Virus record (IMG/VR): IMGVR_UViG_3300032318_002680
Span: 1 to 29,227 of that record
Reading direction: 5' to 3' (one strand)
Source: a virus
Taxonomy: Duplodnaviria > Caudoviricetes
DNA: 29,227 nucleotides
The stretch's first letter is position 1. Each line of letters opens with the position of its first letter. The notes beneath the pieces are model-generated. The model ran no database searches, was not told the DNA's origin, and was given only the letters and a program-made list of their open reading frames with translations. Both the position numbers and the translations under genes were made by a program. Below, in pieces: positions 17,099 through 23,406 of this stretch.

Positions 17099-17458
17099 AT
17101 GGCCGCACCTAACCTCAAATCTCCGACTACAGTTATTGGTAAAACCGTTACTTACGCCGTTACGACTTCGCTGGCCGCCGCGCTGACCAACGCAGCGAGC
17201 AGTGGCAAGGTGTTGAAAATCAACTCGGTGTACTGCGCAAACGTGGACGGGGCAGCCGTCGCGGATATCTCGCTCGTCCTCAACGACGGTACGAACGACC
17301 GCTATCTGGCCAAGACGATCGCCGTGCCGGCCGACGCGACGCAGGTCCTGGTGACCCGGGAAGGTTACATCTACGTCGAAGAGGGCCAGTCGCTCAAGGC
17401 TGTGGCCAGCGCAGCCGACGACCTGGAGTTGATCATCAGCTACGAGGACATCAGCTAA
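17099..17458 (+). CDS. Small beta-sandwich virion protein (MAAPN type)
   Basis: KINS-x-x-x-ANVDG...YLAKTI-x-VPADAT...Y-x-EEG-x-SL...ISYE; distant paralog of 20570. Confidence 0.75.
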   Translation: MAAPNLKSPTTVIGKTVTYAVTTSLAAALTNAASSGKVLKINSVYCANVDGAAVADISLVLNDGTNDRYLAKTIAVPADATQVLVTREGYIYVEEGQSLKAVASAADDLELIISYEDIS

Positions 17459-18237
17459 TGCTCGGCTTCAACGGCGGTTTGATGGGCGTCAGGCGCACCC
17501 CGACAACAAGCGCAGCGTCTGGCCTGTGGTTTCAGAATGAGCAGAGCGTGGCCAAGCGTGCAGGAATCTGGCCACTCTCCAACGATCCCTACTGGGCCAA
17601 TGTAAGTTTGCTGCTGCACATGGACGGCAGCGATGGAAGTACGACGTTTACAGATAGCAGTAGTAATGCTCTCTCAATAACCGTTTCGGGGTCAACTGCC
17701 CTCAGCACGGCTCAAATTAAGTTCGGCACAGCATCTGGATCCTTTACCAACGGAAAGCTTACAGCTCCGAGTAGTTCCGCTTTGAGCATGGACGGGGACT
17801 TTACAATCGAGTTCTGGGTTTATAGAACCGGAACCACGGGCGACCTGGACTCTATAGTCTCAGCCGCTAACGAAGGAACTTTCTTAATTCGGGCTTGTAC
17901 TAACCCGTTCGGGGCGGGAGTTTTCCCTGCTGCTGATTTATATGGAAATCCAGGAAATAACATTGCAAATGGCCTGAGTTTTACTCTAAACACATGGCAT
18001 CACATTGCTATTGTAAGGAACGCAGGGACTTACAAAGTTTTTAAAGATGGAACAGACATAACGACTAGCACGTACACGGACTCCAGCACCCGTAACCTGT
18101 CTGGCTTGATAATTGGAGATTCAAACGTATCCGGCCGTAATTTTGTTGGGCATATTGATGATTTTCGTATCACCAAAGGCGTCGCCCGCTATACCGCCAA
18201 CTTCACACCACCTGGGGCGGCGTTCCCTGACGACTGA
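17458..18237 (+). CDS. LamG/concanavalin A-like domain virion protein (copy 3)
   Basis: TAATG coupling; N-terminal LGFNGGL-x-G...ASG-x-W...EQ...AKRAGIWP followed by the LamG motifs. Confidence 0.85.
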   Translation: MLGFNGGLMGVRRTPTTSAASGLWFQNEQSVAKRAGIWPLSNDPYWANVSLLLHMDGSDGSTTFTDSSSNALSITVSGSTALSTAQIKFGTASGSFTNGKLTAPSSSALSMDGDFTIEFWVYRTGTTGDLDSIVSAANEGTFLIRACTNPFGAGVFPAADLYGNPGNNIANGLSFTLNTWHHIAIVRNAGTYKVFKDGTDITTSTYTDSSTRNLSGLIIGDSNVSGRNFVGHIDDFRITKGVARYTANFTPPGAAFPDD

Positions 18238-18293
18238 TGCTTTACTCCCACAACGCCACCGCCCTCACCCTCACACCACCGGAGCCCTGAATC

Positions 18294-19118
18294 ATGGCAC
18301 TGCTCGGCTACAACGGCGGCCTTCGCGGCAAGCCCCGCATCCCCTCTACCGGCAACGCCAGCGGCAGTTGGCTGCTCGATGAGCAGTGCGATGCGAAGCG
18401 GGCAGGGATCTGGCCGATCGGGCCTGTAGCGCCGGATCCCTACTGGGCCAATGTGTCCTTGCTGCTGCACATGGACGGCAGTAATGGCAGCACGACGTTC
18501 ACAGACAGTAGTACAGACTCGACCCCTATTGCATCGTATGGGGGCGCACAAATCAGCACAGTACAAAGCAAATGGGGTGGTAGTAGTGGCTCTTTCAATG
18601 GGTCTACCGCGTACCTAGATACTACAACTCAGAGTCCTTTTATCTTAGCTGGGGATTTTACAGTTGAAACATGGATCTACCTTAACACCTCTCCGGCGGT
18701 GTATGCCACAATTTTCTGTTCAAAACCAACAGCCACTAACAACGGAGACTTCCGTCTTGGTGTATATAATGTTGCAGGCACTCTTAGAGTTAACGCCGAT
18801 TTTAACGTAGGTGGATTCACTGGAACAACCACAAGCGTAACCGCAAACACCTGGACCCATGTGGCATTGGTAAGAAATTCAGGAATCATCTCTCTCTTTG
18901 TAAACGGCACAGAAGACGCAACAAGTTTCGAATATGCAGCCACCGTGGTTCCAAACATGGACGGTTTTGCTCGTCCCATTCTTTTCGGCAAAGACGAGAT
19001 GTACGGATCAACTGGTAATTATTTTGACGGATACATAGACGATTTTAGAATCACAAAAACCGTTGCCCGCTATACCTCCAACTTCACGCCGCCCACAGCA
19101 CCATTCCCGAATTTCTGA
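18294..19118 (+). CDS. LamG/concanavalin A-like domain virion protein (copy 4)
   Basis: Same N-terminal leader and LamG motifs as copy 3. Confidence 0.85.
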   Translation: MALLGYNGGLRGKPRIPSTGNASGSWLLDEQCDAKRAGIWPIGPVAPDPYWANVSLLLHMDGSNGSTTFTDSSTDSTPIASYGGAQISTVQSKWGGSSGSFNGSTAYLDTTTQSPFILAGDFTVETWIYLNTSPAVYATIFCSKPTATNNGDFRLGVYNVAGTLRVNADFNVGGFTGTTTSVTANTWTHVALVRNSGIISLFVNGTEDATSFEYAATVVPNMDGFARPILFGKDEMYGSTGNYFDGYIDDFRITKTVARYTSNFTPPTAPFPNF

Positions 19119-19175
19119 CCATACGACCCAAGTCCAGGTTAAGGTACTAGTGTACGTCAACCCAACCACTACCCT

Positions 19176-19361
19176 ATGGACCCCCAGGAACTAAAAGACA
19201 ACTTCTCCTCCCAGTTGGACAAGGCCCGCTCGGAACTCGACCGGCTTCGCAAAGCCGTGGCGCAACGCGAGGCCCACGTACTGAAGCTTGAGGGCGCCGT
19301 CGAGGCGATGGATCTCCAACTCTCTTCACTTCCCCAGGCTGTGAGCGAGCACGTGAGCTAG
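19176..19361 (+). CDS. Small coiled-coil protein, possible fibre assembly chaperone
   Basis: Heptad pattern ending KLEGAVEAM, located at the end of the fibre cluster; function is inference. Confidence 0.6.
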   Translation: MDPQELKDNFSSQLDKARSELDRLRKAVAQREAHVLKLEGAVEAMDLQLSSLPQAVSEHVS

Positions 19362-19367
19362 TAGCTC

Positions 19368-19634
19368 TCAGACCTTGACCCTGAGCTCGCACTCGTGGAG
19401 CTTGGGGTTTCTGTACCCCCCAGCGTGCCAGATCCGCTTCACCACGAACCCAGTATCGTAGTAGGCGTCGAAGACATCTACCATCCTCCCCCGCGCTAGA
19501 TCAACGTACCCCCTCCCATCATCCTCGTAGGAGATGGCGTAGACGTCGTTGGTCAGGTACTTCTTATCAAGAGAGGGAAGATCGACGTGTTCCGCTACTA
19601 CTCTGATCTTAGAGCCTGGAGGCTTTTCTCGCAT
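19368..19634 (-). CDS. Conserved hypothetical phage protein (cyanophage-like)
   Basis: Y-x-I-x-Y...D...VDVFD-x-YYD...G-x-x-NPKL resembles small cyanophage hypotheticals as I recall them; unverified. Confidence 0.6.
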   Translation of the reverse strand: MREKPPGSKIRVVAEHVDLPSLDKKYLTNDVYAISYEDDGRGYVDLARGRMVDVFDAYYDTGFVVKRIWHAGGYRNPKLHECELRVKV

Positions 19635-19966
19635 CTCTCGCTAACCTCAACGACTCTGCTGATAAACCTTTCAACCATTTTCGGGTCGGTTAGGATCTTC
19701 TCGGTGGGGGCTCCGTCTACCAGAAATACGCTAAGATCCAGCATGGTGGGAAGGTCGAAGAGCGCACTGCTCCTATCCGGCCACCCGCCTCTGATGTAGT
19801 CGAGGAAGAGGTCCCTGACCTCCTTGAGCAGGAACCTCCCTCCCACGAGCTGCCACATCCCTCCGTCCCAGCAGAGTATGTCGCCGGAGGCGAGGACGAC
19901 GGCATCCCCGACCTCCTTCGACTCCGGGAACTGGGTGTTGCCCGCGCGCAGTCTCGTGATCACCAT
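19598..19966 (-). CDS. Hypothetical protein
   Basis: Start placed at ATG 19966 (MVITRL...), 7 nt after the upstream stop, avoiding a long overlap; N-terminal FP-x-x-x-x-x-GD...WDG-x-x-W motif. Confidence 0.6.
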   Translation of the reverse strand: MVITRLRAGNTQFPESKEVGDAVVLASGDILCWDGGMWQLVGGRFLLKEVRDLFLDYIRGGWPDRSSALFDLPTMLDLSVFLVDGAPTEKILTDPKMVERFISRVVEVSERCEKSLQALRSE

Positions 19967-19973
19967 GGTGGTA

Positions 19974-20240
19974 TCAGACTCGCGCCATCGAGGGGATCTC
20001 CTCTGGCCGGCGAGGAGGTGCCGGGTGGGTTGGTGGGGTGAGGGGTGGTAGGTCGTGGGGAGGAAGCGGGGGTTGGGGGATCTCCGTTCCGCCACAGACC
20101 TCGTCGAGGGCCTGCTCCAGCTCCTCTATCATCTTCTGGACGAGGTACCGATTCCCCGATGCTTTGGAGTCGGCGTAAGCTTCGATCAGTTGGGCGAGTT
20201 CTGCTTTGGTCATCCTTGTCAAGTCGTTTAAAGTTCTCAT
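19974..20240 (-). CDS. Small helical protein with a Pro/His-rich tail
   Basis: TKAEL-x-x-x-I-x-AYA-x-x-K-x-SGN-x-x-L helical hairpin; alternative start at ATG 20213. Confidence 0.6.
   Translation of the reverse strand: MRTLNDLTRMTKAELAQLIEAYADSKASGNRYLVQKMIEELEQALDEVCGGTEIPQPPLPPHDLPPLTPPTHPAPPRRPEEIPSMARV
20226..20233 (+). promoter_or_regulatory. GTTTAAAG motif in the divergent promoter region
   Basis: Begins 51 nt upstream of ATG 20277, where + strand transcription has to restart after the minus-strand island. Confidence 0.5.
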
Positions 20241-20276
20241 AGCTCTATAAACTAAAAATCCGGAGTTTACCGCCCC

Positions 20277-20567
20277 ATGGCCTCGAACATCAAGGACTTC
20301 GAGATATCAAAAACGTTCGCGAACGTTATAGTCTCGAACATCAACGCCCAACCGGACACCGACGGTATTCCATTCGATCTCAGTACGACTACGAGACGGT
20401 CACAGGGGCAACTTCAGGATGGCCTGGGGAACTCCGCCCCCCTGTTTCTCTCGGCGTCATCGGTGGAATGCTCGGCGGTTCCACAGACCCCCGCGTCCAT
20501 CGTGAGAAAGCAGGAGGTGCTTGAGGGCATCACCTACTTCCAGACAGCTTCCCTAATCTTCGGCTGA
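20277..20567 (+). CDS. Short virion stem/adaptor protein
   Basis: ISKTF...QDGLGNS-x-x-L-x-LS motif and hydrophobic C-terminal ASLIFG. Confidence 0.6.
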   Translation: MASNIKDFEISKTFANVIVSNINAQPDTDGIPFDLSTTTRRSQGQLQDGLGNSAPLFLSASSVECSAVPQTPASIVRKQEVLEGITYFQTASLIFG

Positions 20568-20569
20568 CC

Positions 20570-20944
20570 ATGACCTATCCCGTTAATAATTTCTACTCCT
20601 CCACCTACTCCGGCATCTCGGCGAATGGAGGCTCACCGACGACAGTTTTCGATAGTACCCTCATCCCGGCAGATGGCTACGCCATGATACTGTCGGTGAT
20701 GGTGGCCAACAAGTCCTCGACGACGAGAGGGCTCAATATGACGCTCCAGAAGTCGGGCAGCGCAACCGCCGCCTACCTACTCTACGACGTAGCCATCCCC
20801 TCCCAGGTATCTTTCGAGGTCATCGATGGTAACAAGTTCGTCCTGAAGAGAGGCGACTCGCTCAAGGCGTGGATGGACAGTGCCGGTGGAGCTAACTCCG
20901 CGGACATGGTGGTCTCCTACGTTATCTACACCCCGGCCATCTGA
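20570..20944 (+). CDS. Small beta-sandwich virion protein, distant paralog of 17099
   Basis: ILS-x-x-VAN...YLL-x-x-VAIP...K-x-VL-x-x-GDSLKA...VVSY. Confidence 0.7.
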   Translation: MTYPVNNFYSSTYSGISANGGSPTTVFDSTLIPADGYAMILSVMVANKSSTTRGLNMTLQKSGSATAAYLLYDVAIPSQVSFEVIDGNKFVLKRGDSLKAWMDSAGGANSADMVVSYVIYTPAI

Positions 20945-20953
20945 GGATAGAAA

Positions 20954-23293
20954 ATGAGATACATCGGTCGTACACAGACATCGACTCTCGTTCAGGTAGA
21001 CCCTGACAGGAACTCCTACGTCAACGTGAAGTCCTTCGGAGCCGCTGGCCTGGATAAGTACTTCGAGGGCAGGGTGAGAGGGCTTAACGGATTCGGGTCC
21101 GTGATCAGCATCGGCGAGATCCCCGACTACCCGCAGTACGAGAAGGACTACTTCCAGGTCGGTCAGGAACTCTACGCTTTCTTCTACCTGGATACATCCA
21201 ATCCGTCGGTGAGCGAGTACGACGGAATCCTCACCAACATCGGAGCCCCCGAGGGAGTGGGAGTGGTCGTTCAGTCCGGCACCTCCACCAGCAAGACTCT
21301 CCGGTACTACATCTACGCCTTCAACGTGGTCACGGGCAAGTTCTCCCCGTACGTTAAGACGCTCACGCTTCCCGACGTCTTCAAGGACCCGCAGACACAG
21401 TTTGACGAGAATAACTACGTTCGCTTCTCCCTCAACAGGCTCACGTCGGAGTGGGTGCCCGTCATCTACAGGCAGTGGGGGCCAGGGCAGATCCAGTTCC
21501 TCGGGATCCCCAGCAACAACATCCTCGGCGGTAACACCTCCATCACCTTCAACGACCGCGGGTCCCTGCAGATCCCGTCGTGGGACGAGGCCCGTATGCT
21601 CGGAGGCGAGTTCAGCCCTGAACTCTTCGATGGCATTATCTCGGTGTCCGCTGGGTCGATATCCGCGAAGACGATCATCGTCAAGCGCAGACTCAAGATC
21701 CTCAACAAGAGCGTCTCAGGAACCCTGGAGTGCTCCGACGCCGCCTCCGAGTCCGGAGTTTTTACCGGCCTGGACAACCTCTCCATCCGCGTCAAGTTCA
21801 GATTCGACGACACCAAGCCCCTCCAGGAGGCACTAGACTACGCCGCCGTCAACAACATCAAGGACGTATTCGTCCCGACCGGCACCTACTCGGTGCGCAA
21901 CGTTGCCCTGTACGGATCCGAGATCCCGGCCAGCCAGTACAGCGGGGTGATGCTCAGAGGCTCCGGGGACTCCTCGGTGCTCAAGCGCATGCCCACCCAC
22001 ATCAACCCGCTCGGTCAGTTCGGATTTATCGGCATGCTCGGCTCCGGCGTAACCAACCGCGTAAGCGGTGTGACCGTTCGCGACCTGGCATTCGACGGGA
22101 ACAAGACGGAGACCTTCCCCATCAACCTCCCCGAGAACGACACCTACGGAGTCGGTGACAAGTACCACGACGCCCTCGCTCTCGAGTACGCTGACGGCGT
22201 CCGCGTTTCTAACTGCTCGTTCTACAACGGAGCCGGTGCAGCTCTCTACTCCCTCGATTCGGACAAGATCAACTTCACCGGTAATAGAGTATTCGAGCTC
22301 TCCAAACCCTTCGAGATGAACATCTCGCCTCTCAAGATCCGCGAGTCGAGCCGCATCATCGCCCAGGGCAACCTCTTCCAGAACTGCTCCGGCGCCGTGG
22401 ATTTCACCGGCATCGACGCTTCCCTCATCAACAGCAACATTGTCGACAACTGCGGGGAGACAGGGATCAGGCTCAATGCGTCCGACACCTGGAGCGCTGA
22501 GGGCAACCTCACCTTCAACGAGAACGGGTCCGTGATCCGTAACATCGACCTGTACCAGAACGAGTACAGTCGGGTGAGTCTGGATGTGAAGAGAGGCGTG
22601 GTCATGACCCCGACCTACTTCACAGTGACCGACAGCGGGTTCCCTGTCTCCGTCACCCCGGGCTCGATCGTGGCCAGAGTGTACCCACTCAACTCGAGTT
22701 ACCAGTACAGTACGTCGGCGCCGGCCACCTACCTTCAGGTGGTGGAGAGCAGGCCACAGCTCGAGGCGGGTATATTCGCCCTCACAGCACCGGTCTCTTC
22801 TATGACGGGAGTTGGCGGATCGAACCAGGGCCGCTCGATCCGTGGTACTAATGGCTACGACCTGCTCAAACCCGATGGTTCGGGTTCGGCCAATTACGGT
22901 TACGGGTACAGGATCACGGCAACCGCCGCTCTGGGAAGATACGCCATTAACCGTATCGCCTACGCCTCTCCGACAACCGTTAAGATCTACTTCCGCAACT
23001 CCTCCGACATCCTCTCGCTGCTGTTCTTTGCCGCGGGAAATCCGTCAAACGACTTTATCAAGACGACGGGCATCGGAGTCACTGGGGCTGAGCTGTCCAA
23101 CTGGCCCGACTCCACCACCATCAGCATCATCGAGGTGGACACGAGCAACGCCGCCATCGTGATCTCAACGCCATCCACCGTGGCCTCCAAGTTCACGGCC
23201 TCGACGGACGTCTACAGCACCCCGACGGGGTACCTGGGCCTGATCAAGAACAACTACTTCATCGCTGACGGAAACATCTACGTTTCCGAGTGA
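20954..23293 (+). CDS. Right-handed beta-helix (pectate lyase-like) tailspike with a large inserted domain
   Basis: VNVKSFGA-x-G, DDT-x-x-LQ-x-ALD, VFVP-x-GTY, LRGSG-x-x-SVLK, V-x-VRDL-x-FDGN and Asn-ladder repeats. Confidence 0.8.
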   Translation: MRYIGRTQTSTLVQVDPDRNSYVNVKSFGAAGLDKYFEGRVRGLNGFGSVISIGEIPDYPQYEKDYFQVGQELYAFFYLDTSNPSVSEYDGILTNIGAPEGVGVVVQSGTSTSKTLRYYIYAFNVVTGKFSPYVKTLTLPDVFKDPQTQFDENNYVRFSLNRLTSEWVPVIYRQWGPGQIQFLGIPSNNILGGNTSITFNDRGSLQIPSWDEARMLGGEFSPELFDGIISVSAGSISAKTIIVKRRLKILNKSVSGTLECSDAASESGVFTGLDNLSIRVKFRFDDTKPLQEALDYAAVNNIKDVFVPTGTYSVRNVALYGSEIPASQYSGVMLRGSGDSSVLKRMPTHINPLGQFGFIGMLGSGVTNRVSGVTVRDLAFDGNKTETFPINLPENDTYGVGDKYHDALALEYADGVRVSNCSFYNGAGAALYSLDSDKINFTGNRVFELSKPFEMNISPLKIRESSRIIAQGNLFQNCSGAVDFTGIDASLINSNIVDNCGETGIRLNASDTWSAEGNLTFNENGSVIRNIDLYQNEYSRVSLDVKRGVVMTPTYFTVTDSGFPVSVTPGSIVARVYPLNSSYQYSTSAPATYLQVVESRPQLEAGIFALTAPVSSMTGVGGSNQGRSIRGTNGYDLLKPDGSGSANYGYGYRITATAALGRYAINRIAYASPTTVKIYFRNSSDILSLLFFAAGNPSNDFIKTTGIGVTGAELSNWPDSTTISIIEVDTSNAAIVISTPSTVASKFTASTDVYSTPTGYLGLIKNNYFIADGNIYVSE

Positions 23294-23315
23294 TGAGATC
23301 CTGACACGGCGACTG

Positions 23316-23352
23316 GCCGGGGCGGAGCCTTCCCCCCCTCCCTGGCTTTTTT
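23316..23352 (+). terminator. Possible intrinsic terminator
   Basis: GCCGGGG...CCCTGGC arms (one G-U pair) followed by T6, just after the spike gene; the inner region pairs imperfectly. Confidence 0.45.
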
Positions 23353-23371
23353 CGCTGTTCGGCCCTGTGAT

Positions 23372-23379
23372 GTTTAAAG
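23372..23379 (+). promoter_or_regulatory. GTTTAAAG motif, candidate late promoter
   Basis: Follows the putative terminator and begins 35 nt upstream of ATG 23407. Confidence 0.55.
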
Positions 23380-23406
23380 TAGATACATACAGAGCATGCG
23401 TTTACA

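Noticed and set aside
17584-18515. Diversity-generating retroelement TR/VR pair among the LamG repeats
   Set aside because: Mismatches involve all bases and are mostly synonymous rather than adenine-specific; both copies are coding; no reverse transcriptase in the window.
6055-19118. Invertase/shufflon-type fibre switching
   Set aside because: All paralogs are in direct orientation with their own starts; no recombinase or inverted crossover sites were seen.
19355-19367. GAGCTAGTAGCTC inverted repeat at the convergent gene junction as a terminator
   Set aside because: Stem is too short and there is no T-tract on either strand.
21050-21805. Intein in the spike gene
   Set aside because: No C/S start, no HN-C/S/T end and no LAGLIDADG motif.
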